Assembly (NCBI GenBank): GCA_009914755.4 | Contig: CP068257.2 | Span: 43,840,001 to 43,904,000, forward strand | DNA from: the human T2T-CHM13v2.0 reference genome, Homo sapiens | DNA: 64,000 bases | Reading direction: 5' to 3' | Shown here: piece by piece, positions 40,662 through 55,249 of the stretch | Position numbering within the stretch: position 1 is the stretch's first letter | Layout: every line of letters starts with the position of its first letter | Notes under the pieces: model-generated | What the model saw: the letters and a program-made list of their open reading frames with translations, nothing else | Databases searched by the model: none | Told to the model about the DNA's origin: nothing | Translations under genes and position numbers: made by a program

Positions 40662-41807
40662 AGGAAGCCAAAGAGTGTATTTTTTTAAAAGTTTAAAACA
40701 GAAGCCTGATGCTGACATTCACCTGCCCCAACTCTCCCCTGACCTGTGAGCCCAGCTGGGTCAGGCAGGGTGCAGTATCATGCCCTGTGCAACCTCTTGG
40801 CCTGATCAGACCACCGCTCGATTTCTCCAGGATTTCCTGCTTTGGGAAGCCGTGCTCGCCCCAGCAGGTGCTGACTTCATCTCCCACCTAGCAGCACCGT
40901 TCTGTGCACAAAACCCAGACCTGTTAGCAGACAGGCCCCGTGAGGCAATGGGAGCTGAGGCCACACTCAGCACAAGGCCATCTGGGCTCCTCCAGGGTGT
41001 GTGCTCGCCCTGCGGTAGATGGGAGGGAGGCTCAGGTCCCTGGGGCTAGGGGGAGCCCCTTCTGCTCAGCTCTGGGCCATTCTCCACAGCAACCCCAGGC
41101 TGAAGCAGGTTCCCAAGCTCAGAGGCGCACTGTGACCCCCAGCTCCGGCCTGTCCTCCAACACCAAGCACAGCAGCCTGGGGCTGGCCTCCCAAATGAGC
41201 CATGAGATGATACATCCAAAGCAGACAGCTCCACCCTGGCCGAGTCCAAGCTGGGAGATTCAAGGGACCCATGAGTTGGGGTCTGGCAGCCTCCCATCCA
41301 GGGCCCCCATCTCATGCCCCTGGCTGGGACGTGGCTCAGCCAGCACTTGTCCAGCTGAGCGCCAGGATGGAACACGGCCACATCAAAGAGGCTGAGGCTG
41401 GCACAGGACATGCGGTAGCCAGCACACAGGGCAGTGAGGGAGGGCTGTCATCTGTGCACTGCCCATGGACAGGCTGGCTCCAGATGCAGGGCAGTCATTG
41501 GCTGTCTCCTAGGAAACCCATATCCTTACCCTCCTTGGGACTGAAGGGGAACCCCGGGGTGCCCACAGGCCGCCCTGCGGGTGAACAAAGCAGCCACGAG
41601 GTGCAACAAGGTCCTCTGTCAGTCACAGCCACCCCTGAGATCCGGCAACATCAACCCGAGTCATTCGTTCTGTGGAGGGACAAGTGGACTCAGGGCAGCG
41701 CCAGGCTGACCACAGCACAGCCAACACGCACCTGCCTCAGGACTGCGACGAAACCGGTGGGGCTGGTTCTGTAATTGTGTGTGATGTGAAGCCAATTCAG
41801 ACAGGCA

Positions 41808-41813
41808 AATAAA
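41808..41813 (+). promoter_or_regulatory. COL18A1: Candidate distal poly(A) signal AATAAA
   Basis: acaggcAAATAAAagtgacctttta about 1.3 kb past the stop, with a GT/T-rich element downstream. Confidence 0.45.
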
Positions 41814-42819
41814 AGTGACCTTTTACACTGACTCTTGGTTTGCAAGCAGCCTTCACTGTCACAGGAAGGACACAATTCTCCAAAAGGAGTTCTCAGGAGT
41901 CTTTTATCCCTGGACTGCCCCACTGGCAGATCCCGAGTGTGCACAGGCACGCACGGTTACATGGGGTATGCATGCATGGCCATACACAGGCGTGCAGTTG
42001 TACACAGGTGTGCAGGAGCATCCATAGTGTGCACAGGTACACAGGCATGCACGGGTGTGTGGACACACACCAACACTCTTAGGTCTCTCCTCACAGCAGG
42101 ACCTGACTTGCTCCCAGCAACACTACATCCTGACAGCCATCCCTGTCCTGGTGGACGGGTGAGTGCAGGACTCAGAGGCAGGCAGGCAGTGGGTGCAGTG
42201 AGCAGGCTGCGGAGGGAGCAGGCCCTCAGGTTGGGGAGGCGCTGGGAGGAGGATTCTGATGGCGGTGTGGGCCTCCCCAGTGACGCTCTAGCCCATGGCA
42301 CAGGCCCAGCCCACCTCCACCCATCACATCCTGCTAGATCTACGAGCCCAGGAAATGGCTGGTGCAGACCCCCCCCCCAAGCAGGGTCCCCAGGGTGGCC
42401 ATGACAGAGCCCCTGGATGCACCTGGGACCATGGCCCTGTCTGACTGGCACCATCCACTGACTCGGGCCATCTTCCACGTGCAGCCTCTGCCTCAACCCA
42501 GGGTACCCCAAGATGCCTGCTCCCCTGAGCCACCTCGGGAGACCCCTGGGTCCAGCAGCTCCAGCAGCCCCTCCCCAGCCAGAGATTCTCTCCCCAGCTC
42601 TCCGTGCTGAGCAGCCAGCCATTCACCTGGGGCCGCTGAGATGTGGCAGAGGCCCCACAGGATAGGGCCGTTGACTAGGGTTGTGGGGGTGCTCAGCTCA
42701 TGGGCACCAAGGCCCTGCGTGGGCTGGAGGCGGGAGAAGGCTGGGACGCCTCTCCTGGCCTCCTCACTGACTGCTGACCCTCAACCCCCAGGCCAGGCCG
42801 GCCCTGAATCAGAAGCCCT

Positions 42820-43769
42820 GCGCACACTCACTTAAGTGTGTTTAATGTATGTGGGAAGAGTATTCACATCACATCAGATGGTCCCGCACCTGTGGGCAAG
42901 GCACTAGCGCTCCTTAGACCCTGAGGCCGCTGGGACGTACTTCCCCAGCGCCCACCACAAAGGCAGCCCCCCCAAGGCTGCCCAGCCCAGGCAAGCCTGG
43001 CACATACCAAGGCCAGCACGTCCGCGGTGACCGGGACCAGTCCCCTCCGGGCTGGCACAAGTGTGGGAGCAGCTGAGGACCCGCAGGTCAGGATGGACAC
43101 ACTTCAGAAGGACAGACAGGACCATGGAGGGCTGCCCTTAGGGTGGGAGAGAGGAACCAGCTCCGAGGACCAGAGCCGCTGCTCCCCTCTGATGACAATG
43201 TGTCTGCCGCCAACCTGAGATGGCTTTTCCACAGAGACAGAGAAGCCACATGCAGTTCTTCATTCTACGTCAGTTAAAAAAAAAAAAAGCATCTTTCAAA
43301 AAAGCAAGAGCACCAAGGATGACCAGCAATGTCACAGCTCAGCTACACCTGAGGGTCCCGGCTCCCACCCTGCCCTAGAGGGCTCACAACTCCTGTGGGG
43401 CCAGTGTCCCCTGAGCTGGTATCCAAGAGGCCACTTCACTAGCCCTGGGGGGCAGAAAGGATTTGTCTCAAGCCCCCCAAGGGGCATGAGCCAGTGAGGC
43501 CTGGTGGACGCAGAAGCCCACCACCCACCTCTTCCAGCAACAAAGCCCGCGGGGCACAGTGCAGGGACAGCATGGCCAGGCAGCTGCCCTGAGTGTCGCC
43601 AGCACGCTGTGGCCACCGCCAGAGTGCGGCACAGGGCAGGGGGAATCCTAGGGGGCCTGCTAGCAGGATAAGCGGAGGCCCCCATTGCTAAGGCAGGCGG
43701 CCCTCGAGGCAGGGGTCGTGGGGATGCACTGAGGGCCGCCTGCAAAGTTACCACAGGGGCGCCCGAGAG
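42820..43769 (-). other. SLC19A1: SLC19A1 3'UTR (extent inferred)
   Basis: Downstream of the stop on the minus strand. Ends near an ATTAAA signal (plus 42841-42846, reverse-complemented) with a GT-rich element beyond it. Confidence 0.4.
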
Positions 43770-44250
43770 TCACTGGTTCACATTCTGAACACCGTCGCTT
43801 GGAAGACACTGCAAACCCAGCTTGCTGACACCAGGAGGATGGACAGCCAGCTGGGGACAAGTCTCATCTGCAGCCTCAGGGCCTGAGGCTTGGGCGGAGC
43901 ACAGAGTGCAGGGGGAAGGGGTTGTCACTGGGCTCAGGAATTCAGCTGCCTGCGGGGCCGGGGCCTGGGCCAGGTATGGGTCGCTCTGTCTCTGCTCCAG
44001 GGAGGCTGGCCCCACAGCCCCCAGGCTGTCTTCTGGGGAAAGCGGCGGGCTCTGGGCTGGCTGCAGGCCTCCGAGGCCCTTGTCCTGCACGCTCAGTGCC
44101 TGTGCTGCCTTCTCCTCCGCGGCACTCCTCAGGCCCTGGGCCGGGGGCTGCCGCGGGTGGTGGCCCCGCTGGCAGTGCCGCAGGCCATCCAGCATGGCCC
44201 CCAAGAAGTAGATGATGGACAGGATCAGGAAGTACACGGAGTATAACTGG
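43770..44250 (-). CDS. SLC19A1: SLC19A1 last coding exon (FQLYSVYFLILSIIYFLGAMLDGLRHCQRGHHPRQPPAQGL...LQCLPSDGVQNVNQ*)
   Basis: Minus-strand acceptor ctctttccag|TTCCAGTTATAC (AG at plus 44251-44252). TGA stop at plus 43770-43772. Matches the recalled RFC1 C-terminus. Confidence 0.9.
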
Positions 44251-46049
44251 AACTGGAAAGAGAGGCCGGGTGAGGCGGGTGGGGAGGGCCTGGCTGGGAC
44301 ACTGGCACCCTACACCCCGACGCCTGCTCCCAGGCTCACCCTCCTCCAGCTCAGAGGCTGACCCTGAACACTGCACAGCGGTCAGAGGCCAGCCCCAGGA
44401 GCAGGTGCCACAGTGCTCACCACAGCCCCCCCGACCTCCACCACCTGGCACAGGCCTGAAGGGGGGTTCCCACCATTTCCCAAGAACCCCTCGGAACCTG
44501 GCAGGTGGCCTGCTTCTGCGTGGCCTGCGGTGTCTGCTCCCGAGTCCCCTGCTTGGTGGTGCTTGCTGCCCCCCCATGGTGCTGAGACAGCGGAAGGGTG
44601 CCCATGAGGGCCAGAACGTCCCGCCTGGCAGAGCAGGGTGAGGAGAGCCACAGCAGGTGACCAGGAGCTGATCCCCAGGGCTTCGCGCCCAGAGCAACCC
44701 CCAGCAGCCTGCACATGGAGCCCGTCTCCATCTCGGCAGCGGAAGCTGTGCTACGATGACCAGAAGGAGCAGCACCAGCATTGGCCACATCTCTCCTGAT
44801 TCTCGCAGCTGCCAGGGGCAGGAGGGACTGGAGATGTCCCTGGGACACCAGGGAGGGACCTGATCATTCCCGGAGGTGCAGAGGGTTCAGGAGGCTGCAG
44901 TGCCCTCAGGACATCCGTGGGCAGAGCCCAGTGAGTCCCGCCCAAGACCCCTGAGGCCCCAGCTCCACATCCGCAGGCCAGAATCCCTGCAGCCCATCGG
45001 CACCGGCACCCTTCCAGGACAGCTGTTTTTAAAGCAAACTGAGGAAGATGGGGCTGACACGCTTCTCCCTGCTCTTCTCCTACCCAAGACACTGAGATAA
45101 ACACCTGGGAAGACTCTGAAAGCAGGAGCGAGGAGGACAGACTGACCAGGCCCTCGGGGTCTGGGGAGCTGTGCCACACAAGGGCAGACTGGCCGGGCCC
45201 TCGGGGTCTGGGGAGCTGTGCCACGCAAGGACAGACTGTGCCACGCAGAGCTCCCTGGGGGCTTTTCTTTTCACCTCAGATATTTTGAAACTGAAGAAGG
45301 CAGCAGGCTGGAAAAGACAACAGATGCAGAAAAAAGAGCCCATGGAAGCAGCTCTCTCTGGCCTAAGACCCAGGGAAGGGTCAGCCCAACATGAGGAAAG
45401 ACCTTTCGACAGGAATCGCCCTGCTCCCCGCAAACACCAGACCTCGGCTCCACCCACCATGTCAGCAAGGACCCCCTACCCTCACCAGCCTGTAACAAGG
45501 ACCCCCGAGTCCCCTGCGGGGTGGTGTCAGACAACACCAGTGGGCACTAGAGCTTTCACTCCCACTGGTTGGTAAAGACACCCACCCTCACCCCCAAGGA
45601 GTCAGCAGAGACCACAGGGAAGCCCAAGATGTCACCCCCAAAGCCTCATGGAGTCAGTGGAGACCATGTGGGGAGCCTAGTCACCCCCGAAGCCTCACGG
45701 AGTCAGCAGAGACCATATGGGGAGCCTGGCCTCTTATCCTCACCCAGTAGTAAGAGCGTGCCTGTCCTGTCCCCCTCCATGCTGGGGGGTGTCAGAGGAG
45801 GTCAAGCGGGAGTCCAGACTTTCACCTACCCAGCAATAATGAGAATGTCCCAACCCCAGGGGCATCAAGGGGGCCACGAGGGGAGCTGGACTCCCATCCT
45901 TGCCTGGCAACAAGAAGGAGCCCCCACCCAGCCACCCACCCTCCCTCAGGTGTCACAAAGGCTGAGTGAGAGCCTGGACTTCCACCCCACCTGCCTGTAG
46001 CGAGGTGCACACCCCGCTTGACCTGCAGGAGTTGCGTCAGCCACAACAG

Positions 46050-48690
46050 GATGCTGAAATTACATCATACCCAAAATGCTTGCATCTCACTAAAAAATCC
46101 CTTGGCACACTAAACCACAAAGATCTCAAACTGAAAAACAATTAATAGACACCAACACTAAGACAACACAGACAGTAGAATTCGCCAAGAAAGATCTTAA
46201 AGCAGCCACCATAAAAATGCTTCAGTGAACAATAACAAACATGCTGGAAACAAATGAAAAAACACAGTCTCAGCAAAGAAATAGGAGAAATAAAAAAAAT
46301 TTAGAACTGAAATGTACAATAATCAGAATTTAAAAACTTAATGAATCATCTCAACAACAAAATAGAAGAGGCAGAGAAATGATCAATGAACTGGAGGTAG
46401 AACAATAGAAATTATCCAACCTGAACAAAAGAAAAAATGGACTGAAAAAAAATGAACAAAGCCTCATTCCTTGTGGGACTATACAACATGATCTAACATT
46501 TGTGACATGGGGGATCTAGAAAAAGAGGAGAAAAGGAGTGGGGTTCAAAAAGCATTTCAGGAAATAATGGTTGAAAACTTCCTAAATTTGGTGAGATGTA
46601 CACTGCAGATTCATGAAGCTGAGCAAACCCCAAATAGAAAACCCAAACAAAATCACACCAACACATACCATATTCAAACTTCTATAAGCTAACGATAAAA
46701 ATAAAGAAAAAATCTTGGAAGTGGCCAGAGAAAAATGACACTTTACGGGCAAGCAATTTGAATAACAGTAATTGCTCATCAAAAATCCTGAAAGCTATGA
46801 GGAAGGGGCACCACATTTCTCACAGGCTAAAAAAAAAGAACACTGTCTACCCAGCATCCTATATCCAGTGAAAACATCCTTTGAGAATAAAAGAGCAATC
46901 AAGACACTCACAGATGAAGAAAAACTAAGAGAAGAAATTTGTAACCAGCAGATCTGTCTAAAATAATGGCAAAAAACAAACAAAAAACAAGTTCTCTAAA
47001 CAGAAAGGAAATTACTAAAGAAGGAATCTTGAAATAACAGGAAAGAGGAAATACCACAGTAGGCAACATTATGGGTAAATAAAACAGACTTTCCTTCTTT
47101 AGTTTCCTAAAATATGTTTGATGATTAATGCAAAAATTACAATATTTTCTTATGTAGCACTAAAGGTATGTAGAGAAAATATTTAAGATAATTGTACTGT
47201 AAGCGGGAGATGACAGTGACATAAAGGCAACGTTTTTATACTTCACTCAAACTTTATGTATTAATGTAATCCATAAAGCAACCAAAAAAGCTATACTAAG
47301 TACATTCAAAAACACAATAGATAAACCAAACAAAATTCTAAAGGATGTACAAGTAACCCACTGGAAGCTGCAAAAAATGTAAACAGAAACTAAAAACAGA
47401 GAATAAATGAAAAATTAAAAACGAAATGGCAGACTTAGGCCCTAATATACAAATTATCACATTAAATATAAATGGTCTAAATACACCAACTGTAAGACAG
47501 AGATTAGCAAAGTCGATTTAAAAACATGACTCAACTACGTGCTGTCTACAAGAAACTCACTTCAAATATACCAAGATAGGAAGGTTGAAAGTAAAACGAT
47601 GGAAAAAGATGTATCATGTGAACATTAATCAAAGGAAAGCAGGGGTGGCTATATTAACATCAGGTAAAATAAACTTCTGAGCAAAAAAAAAAAAAAAAAA
47701 AAAAAAGACCAGGGACAGCAGAGACAGAGAAGGACATTATATAATCCCACTATTACACAATTGACAAGAGGGTCAGTCCACCAAAACAAATTTCAATCCC
47801 TAACGTGTATGCAACAAACAAAAGAGCTGCCAATATGTGAAGCAAAAACACAACAGAACTGAAAGGAGAAACAGATCCACAATTATACTTAGGAGACTTC
47901 AATACCCCCTCTCAATAATAAAACTAGACAGAAAATCCACAAGAACTGAGAGGAAATCAATACCATCAGCCAACAGGATCTGATCAGCATTTACAGAACA
48001 CTCCACCCAAAAGCAGAATATACATTCTTTCAAAGTGTCCACAGTATATCAAAACAGATAATATTCTGGGTCATAAGACAAATCTTAACAAATTTATAAG
48101 GACTGAAATAATAATGTGTTTTCCAATCACAACAGAATCAAAAAAGAAATTAATAACAGAAAGATAACAGGAAAATCTCAAAACACTTGGAAATTAAACA
48201 ACAAAATTTGAAATAATGATGCATCAAAAAACACACTGAAATGAATGAAAATGAAAACACAGCCTATTAAGATTTGTGGGATGCAACTAAAGCAGTACTG
48301 AGTGGGGAAATTTATAGCATTAGATGCATAAATTAGAAAAGAGGAAAAGTCTCAAATCAATATCTCACCTCAAGAACCTAGAAAAAAGAAGAGCAAAATA
48401 AATCTAAAGCAAGCAGAAAGAAGGAATTAATAAAGTTCCAGCCAGTGCACTAAGTCAAGAAAAAGAAATAAAAGATATACAGATCAGAAAGGAAGAAATA
48501 TTTGCAGATGACATAATTATCTACGTAGAAAATCTCAAGGAATTTAAAAAACAAAGGCCAAAAAATGGAAAAGCCTCCTACAACAAATAAGTAATCTCAG
48601 CAAAATTGCAGTATACAAGATAAACACACAAATATATCAACTACATTTCTATACACTAGCAACGAACATGTATACACTGTTATGGAATGA
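46050..48690 (+). mobile_element. Ancient L1 (ORF1-like region and ORF2 N-terminal half), 5' part
   Basis: Translated frames match L1 ORF1 (..NLMNHLNNKIEEAEK..) and ORF2 (ITLNINGLNTPTVRQRLAKSI...CCLQETHFKYTKIGRLKVKRWKK) with many stops. Boundaries approximate. Confidence 0.7.
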
Positions 48691-48834
48691 ATTGTGAACC
48701 CATCACCCAATTCATATGTTGAAGCCCTAACCCACAATGTCACTGCATTTGAAGACAGGGCCTTTCAAAAGGTAATTACGGTTAAATGAGGTCACAAGGA
48801 TGGCATCTTACTCCAACCTGACTGGATGTCCTTA

Positions 48835-49245
<411 letters not shown>

Positions 49246-49399
49246 TCAGGAGAAACCAACCTGCCAACACCTTAATCTCAGACTTCAAGCCTCCGGAACT
49301 GTGAGAGAATATATTTCTGTTGTTTGTCACCCAGTTTGTGATATTTTGCTATGGCAGCCCAAACAGACTAATGCAGATAACAAATTTCAAAATATGGTT

Positions 49400-51160
49400 T
49401 GATTTACTTAAGAAAAAGCATAAACTAAAAACATGTATAGTACTCATATGCTGAAAACTACAAAATGCTGAAAGAAATCAAAGATCTAAATAAATGGAAA
49501 GATATACCATGTTCATGGATTGGAAAACAACACAGTAAACACGTCAATTCTCCCAAAATTGATACACTGGCTTAATTGCAATTCCTAACAAAATCTGAGC
49601 AGGAATTTTTGTAGATATAGACAAGATTACTCTAAAATGTATACGGAAAGGCAAAGAAACTATAATAGTCAAAACAATTTTGAATAAAAAGAAGTTGGAG
49701 GAATCAAGTCTATCCACTTTCAAAACTTGCTGTAAAGCTTCATAACCAAGACAGTGTGATATTGGTACAAGAGTAAACACATAGTTCAATGGAACAGGAT
49801 AAAAAACCCAGAAACAGACTCACATAAATATGCCCAACTTTTGACAAAGGTGCAAAAGTAATTCAATGGGGAGAGCTAAGTCTTTTCAACAAATGATGCT
49901 GGAATAAATGGATACGCACAGGCCAAAAAAAAAGTGACCTCAACCTAAACTTCACATCTTATACAAAAATTAAAGCTGGTCAGAGACTTAAATGTAAAAA
50001 CACGAAACTTTAAAAAAGAAATTTGAGGAAAATCTTCTGAATTTAGGGCTAGGCAAAGAGTTTCCATAAAAGGAAAAACTGTTAAATCAGAGCTCATGGG
50101 AGTTAAAAAACACTTGTTCTGTAAAAGACCACATTAAGTAGATGAAACAACCAGCTACAGAGTTGAAAAAAAAATTGCAAACTGTATATATCCAACAAAG
50201 GACTAATATCTGGAATACACAAACCATGCTTAAAACTCAAGAGTATAAAAATGAACAATCCAATGAGAAAATGGGCAGAAGATGTGAAGATTTTGCAAAT
50301 GGAAAATAAGGACATAAAAAGATGTTCAACATCATTATCCACCAGGGAAATGCAAATTAAAACAATATTATGCCCCAGGGAAATGCAAATTAAAACCACA
50401 ATGAAATATCACTACACCTATCACAACGGCCAAAATAAAAACTAGTGGCAACACGGCATACCAAAGACGCTGTGACTGGATCTCTCAAAGTCTGCTGGTG
50501 GTGATATAAAACGGTACGACTGCTATGGAAAGTGGGCTGCTTCCCTGCTTCTTTCCTGGAAAGAAACAAGCAACTACCTGGTGACCCAGCACTTGCACTT
50601 CTGGGCGTCTGTCCCAGGGAAAGGAAAACCTATATTCACACAAAAACCTATAAAAGAATGTCCATAGCAGCTTTATTGGTAATACCTCACACTGGAAACA
50701 AGTCTTTCAACGGTGAATAAATAAAGTGTGCTGTACCTACACCCTGGAACAGCACTCAGCAGCAAGAAGGAATCAGCCACAGCCACAGTAACAACATGGA
50801 TGAATGTTCAGAGAACAGTGTTGAGTGAAAAGAGCCAATCCCTAAACGATACACAATGCATAGCCGTGTTTATACAACACTCCTGAAATGACAAACTCAT
50901 ACAAGCGGAGAAGAGGGTAGTGGCTGCCAGGGGTTAAAGAGGACGTGAGGCTGGGAGTAGGGTGGGCCTTGGCTATAAAGAGCAGCATGAGGGATCCCTG
51001 TGGGGATAGAATGTTCTGGATCCTGACTGTCGCCATGCTGGTTGTGATGTGCTACAGAACTGTAAGACGTGACCAGTGTGAAAACTGGGTACGGGGTACA
51101 TGGATCTCCCTGTATTATTTATTAAACAGCATGTGAATATAAGATTACCCAAATATAAAG
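49400..51160 (+). mobile_element. Ancient L1 ORF2 C-terminal half (continuation of the 46050 element)
   Basis: Frames match L1 ORF2 (..[12 protein letters not shown]..; ..MSIAALLVIPHTGNKSFNGE..). Degenerate. Confidence 0.65.
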
Positions 51161-52247
51161 CTTAATTTAAAAAGCAGGCAAACCCAGGCAAGCTCTAGCC
51201 CTGTCTGTCCCCCCATGCTCCATCACGGCTCCCTCCCGTCTCCAGACTCTACCCCCGACCAAGCCTGAACTCCTGGCCCAGCTGTTCTCCCCATGCTGGA
51301 GGAAAGAGAGTGGACACTCGGCACCCAGTAACAGGCACGGGGGCAAGATGAGCCCGCACCACCTCCTCTAGACCCAACAGGATGTCCAGCCATGAGCAAA
51401 ATGCCCCACTAGTTAACTTTTTAACCTAGAAATCAAACCAGCCAGAGAAAAGTCCATGTGTTTTTTTTCTATGTGACAAGAGGCAGCCAGGAACCACAGG
51501 CCAGAACCTGCCTCCACCTCCCCAGAGCTGTCTCCCCCACAGCCTCCACGGCCACACCAGGACCAGGACCAGCTAAGGAAGGGAAAGGGCTTCCTCGTGA
51601 CCAGCTCTCTGGGGAAGAACTGCTCCACCCCCTGCACCAAGCCCCCATGGGCCCTTAGAAGCCCACCGTGAGGGGTCCCCTCCACAGGGCAGCTACAGGG
51701 GAGCACACGCACAGAGTCCCTAAAGAGCCCTCAGGCATCTGCCCCTCCAGCTGCCAAGGGCTGAACAAGAGGCAGTCACAGAGGGATGGAGGTGGGGCGG
51801 CAACGGTAGTCAGGGGCAGTCAGCACCCAGAGGCAGGTCAGAAGCCAGTTCCAGCCTGGCTGGGGCCACACAGGGCCCTGAGGGTCTCCCTGGGACGGGC
51901 ACTCCCTGCCCATACATGCTGGCAGCCACTGCTGTCTGGGGACAGAGGTAACTCGGGGCTCCAAGAATGGGGAGGACCTCCTCCCGGGTGCTGGAGCCCC
52001 TCCAAAGCCAGCTGGACTGCTGCCAGCACCCCGCCCTGGGGCCATGCATTCAACAGAAGCCTTCTGGGCCCCCTTTCTGCAGACCTGAGACCAGCCCGGC
52101 CACCAGGAGGCTGTGTCCACCCAGGCCGGGCCTGGACACATTCACCCGTGGGCCTTGGAGACTCACCTGTCCTGAGCGTTCACCCCTGGGCTTCGGAGGC
52201 TCACCCGCCCTGAGCGTTCACCCCTGGGCCTCGGAGACTCACCTGCC

Positions 52248-53030
52248 CTAAGCGTTCACCCCTGGGCCTTGGAGGCTCATCACCCTGAGTGTTCACGCCT
52301 GGGCCTTGGAGGCTCACCTGCCCTGAGTGTTCACACCTGGGCCTCGGAGGCTCACCCGCCCTGAGTGTTCACACCTGGGCCTCAGAGGCTCACCCACCCT
52401 GAGCGTTCACCCCTGGGCCTTGGAGGCTCACCTGTCCTGAGCGTTCACCCCCGGGCCTCGGAGACTCACCTGCCCTGAACGTTCACCCCTGGGCTTCGGA
52501 GGCTCACCCGCCCTGAGTGTTCACCCCTGGGCCTCGGAGACTCACCTGCCCTAAGCGTTCACCCCTGGGCCTTGGAGGCTCATCACCCTGAGTGTTCACG
52601 CCTGGGCCTTGGAGGCTCACCTGCCCTGAGTGTTCACACCTGGGCCTCGGAGGCTCACCCGCCCTGAGTGTTCACACCTGGGCCTCAGAGGCTCACCCAC
52701 CCTGAGCGTTCACCCCTGGGCCTTGGAGGCTCACCTGTCCTGAGCGTTCACCCCCGGGCCTCGGAGACTCACCTGCCCTGAACGTTCACCCCTGGGCTTC
52801 GGAGGCTCACCCGCCCTGAGTGTTCACCCCTGGGCCTCGGAGACTCACCTGCCCTAAGCGTTCACCCCTGGGCCTTGGAGGCTCATCACCCTGAGTGTTC
52901 ACGCCTGGGCCTTGGAGGCTCACCTGCCCTGAGTGTTCACACCTGGGCCTCGGAGGCTCACCCACCCTAAGCGTTCACCCCTGGGCCTTGGAGACTCACC
53001 CGCCCTGAGTGTTCACACCTGGGTCGGGGG
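52248..53030. repeat. 38-bp tandem repeat (GTTCACCCCTGGGCCTCGGAGGCTCACCTGCCCTGAGC) organised as a 303-bp higher-order repeat, about 3 copies; simple 38-bp units begin near 52120
   Basis: 38-nt spacing (52178, 52216, 52254). The distinctive CTAAGCG variant recurs at 52248, 52551 and 52854, i.e. 303 bp apart. Confidence 0.9.
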
Positions 53031-53928
53031 TGTTGTACCCAGAGGGCTCTGTGGCACAGGGCCACGTGGCCTGCCAGCGTGGACAGGCCCTAATGACACT
53101 CTTGGGCTGAAGAATGCATTTCGATGAGTGAGCAACAGCCATCCTCACCTAACAGGCATTTGTGAGCCGAAGGGGATGCCTGCTATTGCCCGGGCCTTAC
53201 CCTGAGCTCTGGAGTCACTGAAGCTGAACAGACTCCGCACCCTCAGAGGATCAGGACTAACCCTGACAGTCCTCCTGCCCAGTGAGACCTGGGCCCCAGG
53301 TGGACAAAGCCCTTGTCCCACCCGCCAAGGGCATCTGTCTAGCTGCAGGCTGGGGCAGTCCTGAGGAGCCTGGAAGGACCTCTCACACCACGCCCACCAT
53401 GGCTGATTCCAGCTCACTCGGAGACCCGGCCTTGGCTGGGACCCTCAGGAGTTAAATGTGTGTTTTCCAGCTCTTCTCAGAAGCAGCAGAGGCCCGCGAG
53501 AGGTGGGAAAGGGGAGGGCACCCGCAGAGGCCTGCGCGCTGACACTGCTGAGTGGCTCTGCTCAGCTCTCCTTCCTGAAGAGGACAAAGGTCACGTGGCC
53601 TCCAGCCAGGGCTCAAGGACACCAAGTTCCGGCAGCCACAGGCAGAGAGCGGAGACAAGGACAGCTCCGCCGTGGCGAGCAGAGGCTCAGCTGCTCCCAC
53701 TGAGGCCCAGGGCCTGACGGAGGCTCCCGCCCACAACAACTGAGCCCCGCTAGGGTCTCTCTCACTTCCTGCTCTCGCTGGCCTGGTGTGTCCCACTGGA
53801 AGCCCCAGGCCCGCACCCTGTGCCCCCAGCCCACAGTGGGCTCCACATCAGGCGGGCACCAGGAGGCCTCAACAATGTCCCCACAAGTAGCTTCCATCCC
53901 CGAGGACGCAGGCCTGAAATGGGCTCAC

Positions 53929-54070
53929 CTGCTTGCGGACCGGGAGGCCCAGGCCCCGCACGTCCGAGACAATGAAAGTGATGATGGTCTTGACGATGGT
54001 GGCAAAGAACGTGTTGACCCCGAAGACCAGGGCACAGAGCTCTTTAGACAGAGAAGATGCAATCTGAAAG
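53929..54070 (-). CDS. SLC19A1: SLC19A1 coding exon (142 bp; (T)FQIASSLSKELCALVFGVNTFFATIVKTIITFIVSDVRGLGLPVRKQ)
   Basis: Minus-strand acceptor cccgttcag|CTTTCAGATTGC and donor CGCAAGCAG|gtgagccc. Phases fit the neighbouring exons. Confidence 0.9.
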
Positions 54071-54593
54071 CTGAACGGGAAGAGCGGGCAGATCAGGCGC
54101 TGCTGGGAGAATAAGCAGCAGCCACAGGGAAAAGCCTGCAGCCCGGCTCCCACCAGCCCATGACCCGCCCGGCAGCCACGGGGTCCCAGGGCACGCACAA
54201 GCCCCCCACCAGGCCCCCATCTCTCCCACACATGCCCGCCCCTGCCAGGCAGGAGCCAGCACCCAGGCCACCCTCGAGGGGCCATTCTGGGAGCTGCCGT
54301 GTCCCCCTGGCTCAGTACAGAGTGAGGGTCCCTTATCCAAAATGCCTGGGGCCAGTAGTTTTGGATTTGGGAATATTCACATGTCCATAATGAGATGTCT
54401 TGAGGATGGAACCCAAGTCTAAACACGAAATGCATTTATGCTCATATGCACTGTACACACACAGCCAGAAGGTGATTTTATATAATACCTGACAAACATT
54501 TGCAAGCCAAAGGGGTTGCCTGCTACTGCCCAGGGCCTCACCCTGAGTTCTGGAGTAATTTTGTGCATGAAGAAACTTTTGACCGTGTTCTGA

Positions 54594-55002
<409 letters not shown>

Positions 55003-55249
55003 TAGGGATGCTGAACCTATACAATGGGTGTCACAAAACACAAACTCGAGAAGATACCTGGAAGGGCTCCCATGAGCTCTGGGACAGACCAGGTCACGGG
55101 CGTCTCAAAACATTCAGAAAATCATCATCAAGAGAACCTCTGGGCACAGACAGAAAAGTCTAGAATGAAAGTCTTTCACGGTTAAATGTTTGATAAATTA
55201 GAAGAGCAGTGAAACCACAGAGTCGGTGAATGAGCAGCAGCCAGGCAGG

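Larger units (their letters stand above)
40510..41832 (+). other. COL18A1: COL18A1 3'UTR (extent inferred)
   Basis: Lies downstream of the stop. Bounded by the AATAAA signals listed separately. No splice-like exon structure beyond it. Confidence 0.55.
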
